DNA of 64,000 nt from an uncultured Planctomycetota bacterium (lineage in GTDB: Bacteria; Planctomycetota; Planctomycetia; Isosphaerales; Isosphaeraceae). The position numbers and the translations under genes were made by a program. Shown piece by piece: positions 33,061 through 43,931 of this stretch. Numbering within the stretch: position 1 is the stretch's first letter; each line of letters starts with the position of its first letter. A model generated the notes under the pieces. That model was not told the origin of the DNA. It saw only the letters and a list, made by a program, of their open reading frames with translations, and did no database searches. The stretch covers positions 384,001 through 448,000 of the forward strand of contig CAWGMQ010000008.1 of NCBI GenBank assembly GCA_963823665.1, read 5' to 3'.

Positions 33061-33858
33061 ATGGATGCTCGTTCCGATTGGAATGTTCGTGGACGATGGA
33101 CTGCGCCGCTGCTGGCGATTGTCATGCTTCCGCTCGTCGGCGGCGCTTCGCACCGGAGCGCGAACTTCGTCGTGGACGCTCCGACGAAGGAAATTGCCCA
33201 GCGCGTGGCCGAACGTGCTGAAGCATGCCGGGTTTCGGTGGCCAAAGCCTGGCTGGGCCGTGAGTTACCGGCGTGGGCGACGCCTTGTCCAGTGCATGTG
33301 GTGATCACGAGGGGCGAGGGGGGGGGCATCACGTCATTCGGATTCCATGGAGGACGAGTGACGGATCAGCGCATGACCGTCGAGGGGCGGCTGGAACGCA
33401 TCCTTGCTTCGGCGATCCCGCATGAAGTCACACATACGATTTTCGCGAGCTACTTTGGGGGCCCGATGCCGCGTTGGGCCGACGAGGGGGCATCGCTCTT
33501 GAGCGAAGACAACCGCGAGCTTCGCCGACACGACCAGATCGTCGTGGACCTACTCGGTCGCCGCGGAGAGCTTCCACTGTCTCGTTTGTTCGTGATCGAG
33601 GAATACCCCAAGGACCTGATGAGCTTCTATGGTCAGGGTTACTCGATCTCTCGATTCTTGATCGAGATGGGTGGGCGGCCCAAGTTTCTCGAGTTCGTGC
33701 GGGACGGGCTCAAAGACGGGTGGGACGCCTCAACTCGTGTTCACTACGAGCTCAGCAATGTTCGCGAGCTGGACCGCGCCTGGAAATCGTGGCATCGCGT
33801 CGCGACCGCAGACCGCGCGGAACTCGCGCGTACTGACTCGCTTGCCGCGCAGCCTTGA
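33061..33858 (+). CDS. Exported gluzincin-like (peptidase MA) hypothetical protein
   Basis: IPHEVTH (HExxH) and PRWADEG motifs; signal peptide; GGAGG RBS. Confidence 0.75.
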   Translation: MDARSDWNVRGRWTAPLLAIVMLPLVGGASHRSANFVVDAPTKEIAQRVAERAEACRVSVAKAWLGRELPAWATPCPVHVVITRGEGGGITSFGFHGGRVTDQRMTVEGRLERILASAIPHEVTHTIFASYFGGPMPRWADEGASLLSEDNRELRRHDQIVVDLLGRRGELPLSRLFVIEEYPKDLMSFYGQGYSISRFLIEMGGRPKFLEFVRDGLKDGWDASTRVHYELSNVRELDRAWKSWHRVATADRAELARTDSLAAQP

Positions 33859-33941
33859 ATTGTGAGTGGTGTCGTCTCTTCCTTCGCCAGAGTGACGACC
33901 GGTGGCTGGGCGGCGGTTATCGCGTTTGTGGCGTCGTGCGA

Positions 33942-34608
33942 TCAGTCGCGTAATTCGAGCGTCGCCCATAAGCCAGGGTTATCGCCGACTGGAAAATCAC
34001 GTCCGACGCTGAAGAATTGATCTTCGCGGACAAAATCGGTGATTTGAAACGCAAACCCGAGCCGCCGATTGGTGTCGGGGTCAAAGCCGCTCAATGCCTG
34101 GCTCGACAGGAACAGTTCGAGGAGCCAGCTCGTGCGGCTGAGCTCGACCCGCACGGGGATGTCGTCGGCCCTGCCGATGGGTGCATCGGCAACTGCGCGA
34201 GATGGCACGCTGGGCGACCTGCGCGTCCAGCCGCCCGCGCGAGCTGCCGCGATCAATCCGCGCGACAAAACGATGGCAGAACTTCGTGGCGCGACTCACG
34301 TTACGTGTGTCGCGCGTGTCGACCCAGAATTGCGCAACCGCGAATCCCTCGGGCCGGCGATCGGCGAGCTGCTGCGCGGTCACTCCGTCAGCGAGGACGG
34401 CGATTCCGAGGCCGCCTGAATTCCATCCCACTCGAACCTCCGCCCACCTGGCGCCGCCATCGAGCGGCTTCAAGTCCGGCAGCGCGCAGGACGGCGGCAA
34501 CGCGAGAAGACCGGACGAGAAATTAGCGCGGGGAATTCCGTCGACGCGCATGCAGGGTGCAGCGAAACGGAACCAGAACGCTTGCGGCAAAAGAGTTTTG
34601 GCAACCAT
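33942..34608 (-). CDS. Hypothetical protein, DOMON/CBM9-like fold (frameshift near 34200)
   Basis: VRVGWN..GL, WVDTRDTR, RRLGF..D, WATLEL across two ORFs. Confidence 0.55.
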
Positions 34609-34818
34609 GCTCTATCCTCCAGTGATCGTGTGGGCCTGCTGTGGGTGGAGCTGCATCGCGAAACCTGACCTTCCCCGAGGCGACGAGGGAATTGGATCCT
34701 CCACGCGAGCACCCGTTTCCCGCGATTGAGCGGTTGCGTTACCCGCGCTGGAATTCGGCAGCACCTGCGAAATCTTGAGGTGATTTCTGCTCGGTTTTAT
34801 AGAAAGCGGGCGGGCGGC

Positions 34819-35286
34819 TCATTGAGGGAGCTTGGTTAGTAGGTTGACCATCTCGATCGCGGCCAAGGCGGCGTCGGAGCCTTTGTTGCCGCCTTTGAGA
34901 CCTTCGCGGTTGAGTGCTTGCTCGACCGTGTCGGTGGTGAGGATGCCGAAGATCACCGGGACGCCGGTTGAAAGCGACGCCTGCAGGACGCCTGAGGCGG
35001 CCTGACCGGCCACGTGGTCGAAATGGGCCGTCTCGCCGCGGATCACGCAGCCCAGGCAGATCACGGCGGCGTAACGGGCGGATGCGGCCAGTTTGCTGGC
35101 AACCAGGGGGATCTCGAAGGAGCCGGGGACCCAGACCACGTCGACGGCGTCATCGGGCACGCCGTGGCGAAGGAGCGTGTCGCGGCAGGCGGTGAGCAGC
35201 GATTCGGTTACCAATCCGTTGAATCGGCCGGCGACAATGGCGAACTTACCGGCGGGAGATGACAGGTTTCCGATGAAATCGGCCAT
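34819..35286 (-). CDS. ribH: 6,7-dimethyl-8-ribityllumazine synthase
   Basis: RFN, VPGSFEIP, CLGCVIRGETAHFD, FGILT, GNKG. Confidence 0.96.
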   Translation of the reverse strand: MADFIGNLSSPAGKFAIVAGRFNGLVTESLLTACRDTLLRHGVPDDAVDVVWVPGSFEIPLVASKLAASARYAAVICLGCVIRGETAHFDHVAGQAASGVLQASLSTGVPVIFGILTTDTVEQALNREGLKGGNKGSDAALAAIEMVNLLTKLPQ

Positions 35287-35367
35287 ATCGAGCAGGGCTC
35301 TCGGCGGGGGCACTTTTGAGTAAGTATCGCGGGGCCTTGGTTCAGACACTCTTTGGGAGGGCATGGC

Positions 35368-35503
35368 GGGAAGACACGTGGCGTCGTCCGCACTCGACCC
35401 CCCCTGGCCCCCCCTTCTAAAGGGGGGGAAAACTGGGTGGGGGGAAGACATCTGGAGTCATCCGCACTCGACCCCCCCTGGCCCCCCCTTCTGAAGGGGG
35501 GAA
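35368..35503. repeat. Two tandem ~74-bp repeats with CCCCCCCTT-NN-AAGGGGGG hairpin
   Basis: tccgcactcgaccccccctggcccccccttct(a/g)aagggggg occurs twice between rho and ribH. Confidence 0.8.
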
Positions 35504-35533
35504 GCAGAGCGAGGAGTTTCTGGATCGCGATCG

Positions 35534-37519
35534 TCACGTCAGGTTCATGCTCATCAGGAACTCGGCGTTGACCTTGGTTTTGCGCATCCGGCCGGTGAGA
35601 AGCTCCATGGCCTCGACGGGGTTCATGTCGTTCAAGACCCGGCGGAGGATCCAGACGCGGCGCAGCTCTTCGGGATCCATGAGCAACTCTTCGCGACGGG
35701 TGCCCGACTTGTTCACGTCGATCGCCGGCCAGATTCGCTTGTCGACGAGCCGGCGATCGAGATGGAGCTCCATGTTGCCGGTGCCCTTGAACTCCTCGAA
35801 GATCACGTCATCCATGCGGCTGCCGGTATCGACCAGGGCCGTCGCGAGGATGGTGAGACTGCCGGCTTCCTCGATCTTGCGGGCGGCTCCGAAGAACCTC
35901 TTGGGTTTCTGTAGTGCCGAGGCGTCGATGCCGCCGGTAAGGATCTTACCGGAGTGGGGCGCTTCCGTGTTGTAAGCGCGGGCGAGGCGGGTGATTGAAT
36001 CGAGCAGGATCACAACATCCTTGCCGAACTCGACCATGCGCTTGGCCTTCTCGATGACCATCTCGGCCACCTGGATATGCCGCGACGCGGGCTCGTCGAA
36101 GGTCGAGCTGATCACCTCGGCCGTGGGGCCCTTGACGGAGCGCTCCATGTCGGTGACTTCCTCCGGCCGCTCGTCGATCAAGAGAACCATGACGTAAGCG
36201 TCGGGGTGGTTGGTCAGAATGCTGTTGGCGATCTTCTGGAGCAGGATGGTTTTGCCAGTTCGAGGTGGTGCGACGATCACGCCGCGCTGGCCGAACCCGA
36301 TGGGGGTGATCAGATCGACGACCCGCATGTTGATCTCGTCGCTGGTGGTCTCGAGCCGGATCCGGCCCTGGGGGTGCAGCGGCGTCAGATCGTCGAAGCA
36401 GACCTTCTCGCTGAGCTTGTCGGGATCTTCGAAGTTGATCGCCTCGACGCGCAAGAGTGCGAAGTAGCGCTCGTTTTCCTTGGGCGGGCGGATCTGCCCG
36501 GAGACGATGGCGCCGGTCTTGAGCCCGAACCGGCGAATCTGGCTGGGTGAGACGTAGATGTCGTCGGGGCAGGGAAGGTAATTGTAGTCGGGGCTGCGCA
36601 GGAAGCCGAAGCCGTCAGGCAAGACCTCGAGCGTGCCCTCGCCGTACATGAGGCCGTTCTGCTTGACCCGCTCTTTCAAGATCTTGAAGATCAAGTCTTG
36701 CTTCTTGAGACCCATATACTCAGCGATGCCCTCGCTCTTGGCGGTGCGGATCAACTGAGGCATCGTCATCTTCTGAAGCTCGGTGAGGTGGATCTCGCCG
36801 CGCTTGATATCTTCGTAGCGATCGTGGAGCGCGGCGTCGCCGAAGATATCTTCCTCTTCCTCGACGAAGTCAGCCGGCAAGTCGGTGTACGGCAGCGGTG
36901 GCGTGCGCTCGACGCGGGCCGGTGGAGCGTATTCGCGATCGCGGTCCCGGTCCGGGTGGCGATCTCGATCTCGATCCCGATCTCGATCGCGAGCAGGAGT
37001 TGCCAGCTCGCCACGGTCGGCCCGATCGCGGAAGTTCCCGCCGAGCTCGAGATCGCGAGGGCGCTCGCGCGGCAGCAATGGAGGCGGAGCTTCCCTCTCG
37101 CGATCTCGATCTCGATCTCGATCTCGATCTCGATCTCGATCTCGGTCGCGAGCCATCGGGATTCCATCGCGGTGAATCGGACCTGCGTCGCGCTCGGCTC
37201 GGTCGCGGGCGAGGCGATCGCGCACCGAGATTCCGGGATCGTGATCGGGGCGCTCGCGCACCGGCTCGCGATCACGCTGGCGAATGAACCGGATCGGCTC
37301 GCGATCGGCGGGTGCCTCCTCGCGATGGGGCTCGCGATCCTTTCGTTCACGCGGCGGCTCCGACGGAGCGGGTGCAGAATCAGCGGCGCCGGGATACCCC
37401 GGCACCGGAGAGCCGGCTTCCACCTGTTCGTCAGGTGCCTGCGGACCAGACGATCCGATGGTTTTTCGAATGCGCGACGGGCCTGATGATTCTCGGCGTG
37501 GGCGAGTCTCGTTGGCCAT
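35534..37519 (-). CDS. rho: Transcription termination factor Rho with long disordered N-terminal extension
   Basis: [56 protein letters not shown] best spaced for ATG 37519. Confidence 0.98.
   Translation of the reverse strand: MANETRPRRESSGPSRIRKTIGSSGPQAPDEQVEAGSPVPGYPGAADSAPAPSEPPRERKDREPHREEAPADREPIRFIRQRDREPVRERPDHDPGISVRDRLARDRAERDAGPIHRDGIPMARDRDRDRDRDRDRDRDREREAPPPLLPRERPRDLELGGNFRDRADRGELATPARDRDRDRDRDRHPDRDRDREYAPPARVERTPPLPYTDLPADFVEEEEDIFGDAALHDRYEDIKRGEIHLTELQKMTMPQLIRTAKSEGIAEYMGLKKQDLIFKILKERVKQNGLMYGEGTLEVLPDGFGFLRSPDYNYLPCPDDIYVSPSQIRRFGLKTGAIVSGQIRPPKENERYFALLRVEAINFEDPDKLSEKVCFDDLTPLHPQGRIRLETTSDEINMRVVDLITPIGFGQRGVIVAPPRTGKTILLQKIANSILTNHPDAYVMVLLIDERPEEVTDMERSVKGPTAEVISSTFDEPASRHIQVAEMVIEKAKRMVEFGKDVVILLDSITRLARAYNTEAPHSGKILTGGIDASALQKPKRFFGAARKIEEAGSLTILATALVDTGSRMDDVIFEEFKGTGNMELHLDRRLVDKRIWPAIDVNKSGTRREELLMDPEELRRVWILRRVLNDMNPVEAMELLTGRMRKTKVNAEFLMSMNLT
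37101..37142. repeat. (CGATCT)7 hexamer microsatellite encoding Arg-Asp repeats in Rho
   Basis: Direct read; second imperfect tract at 36960-36989. Confidence 0.9.
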
Positions 37520-37648
37520 GGGAACCATTCTCCTGTTCAATCGAAAAGAGCGCTCTCGGAGCAGACCGCAACGGCAGCATGCTGAGTTCGAGGAAGCCGC
37601 GGTCGATTTCAGTCTTCTACGATCATCACCGTGTCTAGTAAGAAGTGT

Positions 37649-38452
37649 TCACGAAACAGGGCAGGGATCATGCCAGGCGTCGGAGCCCGTTCCATCCTTG
37701 CAGTGGCGGCCGCTTGGCCGCGATCCGGTGAGCGATTGCGAGGGGGCCCATGCCGCGGAATCGGGCAGGGCCTGCCCGGCGAGTGTTGCGAGAATCCGTT
37801 CGACCTCGCGGTGAAGCGAGGGGAGCGGGACGCTCGAGGAGATCACGAAGTCAGATTGAAGCTGCTTGCGCTCGCAGGGCCACTGTGCGCTCTCGCGGGC
37901 TGTGAAATTCTGATCAGACCATCCGCGATTCTGGGTGGCGCGGCGAAGCCGTTCGGCTCGGGGCGCGTCGACGAACACGACCGAGTCGCACAGATCATCC
38001 CAGCCGGCCTCGCGCAAGATTGCGGCATCGAGCACGACCGGTCGGCCCGAAGCGCGGCCGGATCCCAGCTTTTTCTCGAACTCCTCGAGGAACCGAGCCC
38101 GCATGAGAGGGTGAACAATCGCCTCCAAGGCTTGCCGAGCTTCGGGGTCTGCGAAAACGATCGCCGCCAGCACTTTGCGATCAACCCTGGGCTCGCCTGA
38201 ATCGGAAGGCCCGTGGCCGACGACGACAGCGGGGCCGAAACGGCCGGCAAGCCGCTCTTTCACGAGCGGAAGCTCGAGCACTGCATGGCCGACCGAGTCG
38301 GCATCGATCACGGCGCACCCGCATTCGGCGAACAGACTCGCCACCGAGCTCTTGCCGCTGGCAACGCCGCCTGTAAGGCCGATCACGGGGGCGGTTCCGT
38401 GTTTCCAGCGTCTCGCCGCGCGCGGCTGGTAAGATCGCTCGCCTGGAGTCAT
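37649..38452 (-). CDS. coaE: Dephospho-CoA kinase
   Basis: IGLTGGVASGKS, IDAD, VDR, LEAIVHP; start uncertain (AAGGAG RBS before 38452). Confidence 0.92.
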   Translation of the reverse strand: MTPGERSYQPRAARRWKHGTAPVIGLTGGVASGKSSVASLFAECGCAVIDADSVGHAVLELPLVKERLAGRFGPAVVVGHGPSDSGEPRVDRKVLAAIVFADPEARQALEAIVHPLMRARFLEEFEKKLGSGRASGRPVVLDAAILREAGWDDLCDSVVFVDAPRAERLRRATQNRGWSDQNFTARESAQWPCERKQLQSDFVISSSVPLPSLHREVERILATLAGQALPDSAAWAPSQSLTGSRPSGRHCKDGTGSDAWHDPCPVS

Positions 38453-38843
38453 CAAGGAGGTGCTCCTTAGCACCGAGGGCAGATCGATATCGGGCATAGC
38501 CGAGGACAGTCCGCTCGCCTCGACCCGCGGCTCTTCATCCCCTGACCCAACGGGACGAAACCGCATTTGACTACGAAAACATGATCACCGGTTCGGCCGC
38601 CAGATCAACCAGCCAACGACGAGACGGTGCAGACTCTGAAACTGGATGACGGTGCCGGCGGCACGAAAAATGATTCACGCGACGCGGTAGCTTCGATTAA
38701 ACCAGGTGGGTTTCCTGAGGGTGTTGCCGCCTTCGTTACTCGTCCAGGGCTCACGTCTAGCAACAGTGGCCGTGGGGAAGGAAGAAAGGCGAAAGGACGG
38801 GCCTGACCATCTTGAAGTCGATCAGATGAGGTTCATTATTCAC

Positions 38844-38872
38844 TTTATACGACATCCCTAGGACTGCTGCAA
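38844..38872 (-). promoter_or_regulatory. sigma70 promoter TTGCAG-N17-TATAAA for coaE-rho(-ribH)
   Basis: Near-consensus boxes with 17-nt spacer. Confidence 0.6.
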
Positions 38873-38957
38873 GGGTCTCCCGGCGATTCAACAAAAATCC
38901 ACGAGACGTTCGCGCCACGACTCCTTCAATCATTTCGACCGCGGGCATCGCTTTATT

Positions 38958-41696
38958 TTATTCGACTCGGTTTTCCGAAGGAATCGATGCCACGTCGAGC
39001 CAGTTCGGCCCTGCGGCAATGTCGACGGCCAGGGGCACGTTCAGTTCGAGCGCGGTCGTCATCGTCTGCCGCACCAGTGCGGCCAGCCGTGGAATCTCCG
39101 GCTCGGGCGCCTCGAAGACAAGCTCGTCGTGGATCTGAAGGAGCATCCGCGCCTGGAAGTTTTGCCGAACCAGGTGATCGTCCAGGAGGATCATGGCGCG
39201 TTTGATCAAGTCAGCCGCCGAGCCTTGAATGACTGTATTGATCGCCGTGCGCTCGGCGAGGTTGCGGGTGCGGCCCGTCGTCGACTTGATCCCGATGATC
39301 GGCCGGCGCCGACCGAGGATTGTTTCCACTCTGCCTGCGGCCAGGGCCGTATCCAGCGTTCGTGTTATGAAGCGATCGACGCCCGAGTACTCCTGGAAGT
39401 AGGCTTCGATGAACGTGGCCGCCTCGGCCTGGGTGATACCCAAGCGGCTCGAGAGTCCGAAGGCGGAAAGCCCGTAGACGACGCCAAAATTCACGGTCTT
39501 GGCGACGCGGCGCTGCGCCTCGCTTACTTCGCTCTCAGGTACGCCGAAGATCCTGGCTGCCACCGCGCAGTGCACGTCGCGGTCTTGCTCGAAGGCCCGG
39601 CAAAGGGCGGGATCAGCGGAGTAGTGAGCCAGGATGCGGAGCTCGACCTGGGAGTAGTCGGCCGCGAGCAGGAGCCATCCGGGCCGGTCGGCGATGAACG
39701 CCTGGCGGATCTGGCGGCCTTCCTCGGTGCGCACGGGAATGTTCTGGAGATTCGGGTCGCTCGAGCTCAAGCGGCCGGTCGCCGCGACGCTTTGATTGAA
39801 TGACGCATGGATCCGCCCGTCCTCAGGGTGCACGAGCTCGGGGAGAGCGTCCAGATATGTGCTCTTGAGCTTGGAAAGCTGGCGATGCTGGATCAGGAGG
39901 GCGGGGAAGGGGTGCTTGGCCGCGAGCTCCTCGAGCACCTCCTGCGCCGTGCTCTGCTCGCCGCCCGGGGTTTTCTGGAGTGACGGCAGCTTGAGCTCGT
40001 CGAAGAGCACCTGGCGGAGCTGGGGCCCCGAGTTGATGTTGAAGGTATGGCCGGCCATGGAATAGATCTGGGTTTCGATCGTGTCGATTCGACCGGCAAA
40101 TTCGCGGGAGAGCTGCTTGAGCCGCGCCGAGTCAACGGCGATGCCGGCCCGCTCCATCCGCGCCAGCACCGTGATCAGCGGGCGCTCGAGCTCGGCGTAG
40201 AGGGTCCAGAGCCCTTCGCTCTGGACCTTGGCGGAAAGAATCTCTTCGATGCGCAGGGTCGCATCGGCATCTTCGCCGGCGTATTCGGTGACCTGCTCGA
40301 TGCTCACCTGGTCCATGCGCAACTGGTTCTTGCCCTTGCCGATCAAGTCGGAGATCGGAATCATGTCGTGCTCGAGCAGGCGCTTGGAGAGCTGGTCGAG
40401 GTTGTGGTTGCGCTCGCCGCTTTCCAGGAGATAGCTCAAGACCATCGTGTCGGTGAACGGTCCGGCCAGATCGAGGCCGGCGCGGCCCAAGGCGAGGAGG
40501 TCGTACTTGATATTCTGGCCGATCTTCTCGATCGCAGGGTCGGTCAAGATCGGGCGCAGGGCTTCCAGAGCGGCTCGCTCATCGAGCAGCACGGCGCCCA
40601 TCGGCCCACGGACGGGCAAGTAATAAGCCTCACCGGGCTTCCACGAGAACGACAGCCCGACCAATCGGGCGCGAAGGGGGTCGATCGCCGTGGTTTCGGT
40701 GTCGACGCAGAACCGGGGCTGTGCGCGGAGCTCGTCCAGGAATTTCGCGAAGCTCTCGGGGGAATCGACGGTGTGGTACCGTGCCTCCCAGGGCTTCTCG
40801 GCGGCGGGGGAGGGGGGCTCGCCCTTTCCGAGCTCATCGCGAAAGCGGTGGAACCCGCATTGATCGCAGAGTGCTTTCAATGCGGCGATGTCGGGACCGG
40901 CGGTCTTGAGCGCCTCCCAATCGAGCGAGATCGGGATATCGTCTTTGAGGGCCACGAGCCGCCGGGCGCGGAGGGCCGTCTCCTTGTGTTCGCGCAGGGC
41001 CTGCTGCTTCTTGGGGCCCTTGACCTTTCCCGGGTTGGCGAGCAGGTTGTCGAGGGTGCCGAATTCCTTGAGGAACGTGCTGGCGAAGCCCGGGCCGATG
41101 CCGGGCACGCCGGGGACGTTGTCGACGGAGTCACCGACCAAGGCGAGGTAATCGACGACCTGGTCGGGGCGAATGCCCCAATCGGCTTCGAGGGCGGCGG
41201 CATCCATCACGGTGTTCTTGCGGATGTTAAAGATTCGGATGTGGTCGCCGATCAACTGGCGGGCGTCCTTGTCGGCGGTGACGATGAAGACGTCCAGTCC
41301 GCGCTCCTCGCCACGGCGGGCGAGGGTGGCGATCACGTCGTCGGCCTCCATCATGGGCTCCATGAAGACCGGCATGCGGAAGCCTTCGAAGAGGGTGCGA
41401 ATCACGGGGATCTGGGGAACCAGGTCGACGGGCATCTCCTTGCGCGTCGCCTTGTATTCGGCAAAGATGTCCGAACGAAACACCGGGCCAGGCCCGTCGA
41501 AGGCGACCGCGATAAAATCAGGCTGCTTGTCTCGGAGCAGGTTGAGCATGTCGCGGAAGATGCCGAAGACGGCCTCGGTGGGCTGGCCGGCCGGACCGGT
41601 CATCACGCTGCTCTCGCGCGGGCCGCGGATCGCATGGAAGACCTGAAATATCAGTGAGAAAGCGTCGAGGATGTAGAATGTAGGGCGTGTGGACAT
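38958..41696 (-). CDS. polA: DNA polymerase I
   Basis: 5'-3' exo (EADD, GDSVDNVPGVPGIG), 3'-5' exo (DTET), TGRLSSSDPNLQNIP, DYSQVELR, KTVNFGVVYG, QIHDEL. Confidence 0.98.
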   Translation of the reverse strand: MSTRPTFYILDAFSLIFQVFHAIRGPRESSVMTGPAGQPTEAVFGIFRDMLNLLRDKQPDFIAVAFDGPGPVFRSDIFAEYKATRKEMPVDLVPQIPVIRTLFEGFRMPVFMEPMMEADDVIATLARRGEERGLDVFIVTADKDARQLIGDHIRIFNIRKNTVMDAAALEADWGIRPDQVVDYLALVGDSVDNVPGVPGIGPGFASTFLKEFGTLDNLLANPGKVKGPKKQQALREHKETALRARRLVALKDDIPISLDWEALKTAGPDIAALKALCDQCGFHRFRDELGKGEPPSPAAEKPWEARYHTVDSPESFAKFLDELRAQPRFCVDTETTAIDPLRARLVGLSFSWKPGEAYYLPVRGPMGAVLLDERAALEALRPILTDPAIEKIGQNIKYDLLALGRAGLDLAGPFTDTMVLSYLLESGERNHNLDQLSKRLLEHDMIPISDLIGKGKNQLRMDQVSIEQVTEYAGEDADATLRIEEILSAKVQSEGLWTLYAELERPLITVLARMERAGIAVDSARLKQLSREFAGRIDTIETQIYSMAGHTFNINSGPQLRQVLFDELKLPSLQKTPGGEQSTAQEVLEELAAKHPFPALLIQHRQLSKLKSTYLDALPELVHPEDGRIHASFNQSVAATGRLSSSDPNLQNIPVRTEEGRQIRQAFIADRPGWLLLAADYSQVELRILAHYSADPALCRAFEQDRDVHCAVAARIFGVPESEVSEAQRRVAKTVNFGVVYGLSAFGLSSRLGITQAEAATFIEAYFQEYSGVDRFITRTLDTALAAGRVETILGRRRPIIGIKSTTGRTRNLAERTAINTVIQGSAADLIKRAMILLDDHLVRQNFQARMLLQIHDELVFEAPEPEIPRLAALVRQTMTTALELNVPLAVDIAAGPNWLDVASIPSENRVE

Positions 41697-41858
41697 CGGG
41701 CTGTGTTTCATTTTCGAGGGAACTTTGACGCGCCTGGGAACATCCAACGTAGGGAGTGCGCGCTCGGGGCTGCAAGGCTGCAGCGAACGCCGGGATGACT
41801 CCCCGCCGCGGCCGCGAAGACGGCGGGAGGCAGATTTTCACGGACGGTGACTGCCTGT

Positions 41859-41887
41859 TTGACCGGCATCTTGACGGTTCTTACAAT
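41859..41887 (+). promoter_or_regulatory. sigma70 promoter TTGACC-N17-TACAAT
   Basis: Near-consensus boxes with 17-nt spacer upstream of 42052. Confidence 0.6.
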
Positions 41888-42051
41888 AAGTTGAATCAGA
41901 CGGATTCTACGGATGACGCGCCCCGCGACGAATAGCTTGACGGGGATTTCGGTGGATGGTTCCGTCGTTTCCTCTCGCGTGTGACATAGTATCAGCAAAC
42001 CGGCGGATTGTATGAGCAGGTCGCGACCCGACTGCTCGGGGGGTACCATTC

Positions 42052-43740
42052 ATGGCCGCAGCCAATGAGTCGCAAGGCCTCAAGATTGCCGTCGCGGTGT
42101 TCATCGCGCTGACGGTCATTCTCATGGTCTCGTCGTATTTTCTTTACACCAATGGCGTTTCGGAGGCAGCCCGAAACGATTCGGCGCAGGAGTCATTGCG
42201 AAAGGCCAAGGCGGCGCAGGATCTCGCGGTCAACCAGTATGACACGTTGCGAAACAAGATCGGCGTCAAGGCCAGTGAGATCGACCCGGTGAACGAAGAG
42301 ATCTCCGCCCAGATGAAGAAGATGGCCGAGCGGATCGGCGCAGCGCTCGAGCCGGTGAACACTGCGGTGCAGAAAGCCAAGCAGGCCAACTTGCAAGGAC
42401 CCGAGCTCGATGAGGCCCAGCAGAACGTGCAGAAAGGGGTCTCGTCATTCCAATCCGAGCCGAACAAGACCTATATGTCGGCGATCGAACGGATGGCGGA
42501 GATTTTCGAGAACATGTCGATGCTGACGACCGAGATGGCCCTCAATTACGTGAATCTCAGGCGTAGCCTCGAAGCGGCGACGAGCGTGGCCAAGGCGCAA
42601 GTGGACACACAGACCGGCGCGGCGAGCAAGGCCCATGCCGAGACGCTGGAGGAGACGAAGCGGCACGAAGAAGAGCGGAGCACGCTTTTGACCAAGGTGG
42701 ACCAGCTTCAAACCGCGCTCGACAAGGCACAGAACGAGCTGCTGGCGGCCAAGACCGAGATCACGCGGCAGGGCGAGGATTTCGCCCGGCAGCGCGAGAC
42801 GTTTCTGGCGATCCAGCGAGAGCTGCGAGACAAGAACGAGCGCAACAACGAGAACATCCTCGACCGGCCGGACGGCTACGTCACCTATGTCGACTACGAG
42901 ACCAAGGAAGTGCTGGTGAGCATCAACCGGCGGATGGGCGCCAGGCCGCAGATGAAAATGACAATCTTCGACGCACGGTCGCCGGGCATTCCGACCGAGA
43001 AGCCGAAGGGCAATATCGAGCTGACTTCGGTCGGCGAAACGAGCAGCCACGCTCGCATCACCAAGACCGACAGCTCGATCGACCCGATCCGGGTGGGAGA
43101 CATCGTCTACTCGCCGTCGTGGTCGCCGAACCAGCCGACGCGGTTTGCACTCGTGGGCAAGATGGACGTGAATCGCGACGGCAGGGACGACCGCCAAGAG
43201 CTGAAGCGGATGATCCTGGAATCCGGCGGTGTCGTCGACTATGATCTGCCGCCGGGCGACCTGGGCAAACCGATGGGCGCGGTCAATCCGCGAATCGACT
43301 GGTATGTGATCGACGACCGGCCGCCGTTCCGCGACATCTTCGCCAAGCAGTCCGACTCGGCGGTGGCGCAACAAGCCAGAGACCAGAAAGCCGTCTCGGA
43401 CGCGACGAAGGAATGCCGGTTGAACGGAATCCGGCCGATGAACATCGGAAAGCTCCTGGCTTATCTCGGCTACGACATGAATTCGCCGGTGCTGGGCCGG
43501 ACCGAGGTCTCCGACCCGAACGCAATGCGCCGGCTCACCGCGCCACGGCACACGATGGAGGCCCAGCCGAAGGCCGCTGCGCCGGCGACCAAGCCGGAAG
43601 CCGCGGACGAGATGAAGAAAGACGATGACGCTGCGGCGAAGAAGGACGACGCCGGGGATGACGACGAGCCCAAGCCCAAGGCGAAGGCCAAGGCGGCAGT
43701 GAAGAAGGCGGAGGCCAAAAAAGCCGCCGAGGACGAGTAG
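42052..43740 (+). CDS. Membrane-anchored coiled-coil hypothetical protein with possible C-terminal BRCT-like domain
   Basis: N-terminal TM, long heptad region, RFALVG..D..D..LKRMI..SGG. Confidence 0.7.
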   Translation: MAAANESQGLKIAVAVFIALTVILMVSSYFLYTNGVSEAARNDSAQESLRKAKAAQDLAVNQYDTLRNKIGVKASEIDPVNEEISAQMKKMAERIGAALEPVNTAVQKAKQANLQGPELDEAQQNVQKGVSSFQSEPNKTYMSAIERMAEIFENMSMLTTEMALNYVNLRRSLEAATSVAKAQVDTQTGAASKAHAETLEETKRHEEERSTLLTKVDQLQTALDKAQNELLAAKTEITRQGEDFARQRETFLAIQRELRDKNERNNENILDRPDGYVTYVDYETKEVLVSINRRMGARPQMKMTIFDARSPGIPTEKPKGNIELTSVGETSSHARITKTDSSIDPIRVGDIVYSPSWSPNQPTRFALVGKMDVNRDGRDDRQELKRMILESGGVVDYDLPPGDLGKPMGAVNPRIDWYVIDDRPPFRDIFAKQSDSAVAQQARDQKAVSDATKECRLNGIRPMNIGKLLAYLGYDMNSPVLGRTEVSDPNAMRRLTAPRHTMEAQPKAAAPATKPEAADEMKKDDDAAAKKDDAGDDDEPKPKAKAKAAVKKAEAKKAAEDE

Positions 43741-43819
43741 CGGGCGGGGCAGGCGGCAGTTGCGGAAATGGGATTCACTTCCGGCAATCGACGGCGGGCC
43801 AGCCGCAGAGCGGCACGAA

Positions 43820-43850
43820 ACTCGTTCCCACGCAAAGCGTGGGAACGAGT
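43820..43850. repeat. REP-like palindrome ACTCGTTCCCACGC-AAA-GCGTGGGAACGAGT between convergent genes
   Basis: Perfect 14-bp inverted repeat. Confidence 0.75.
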
Positions 43851-43931
43851 GTCTTCGCGCTCAGCGGTTTGAGGAAAGTCGGGAAGCCAGCGCTTCCGTG
43901 ATCGCACGCAGTCGGTCACCGGGTGTGCTGT

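Noticed and set aside
36766..37350. IEIEIE / SRSRSR / LDLDLD repeat ORFs
   Set aside because: Alternative-frame readings of the rho CGATCT microsatellite
40047..41657. Long antisense ORFs (e.g. 40047-41657, 13511-14677, 8593-9525, 42445-43551, 5158-6513)
   Set aside because: Shadow frames of high-GC genes with no RBS or recognisable domain
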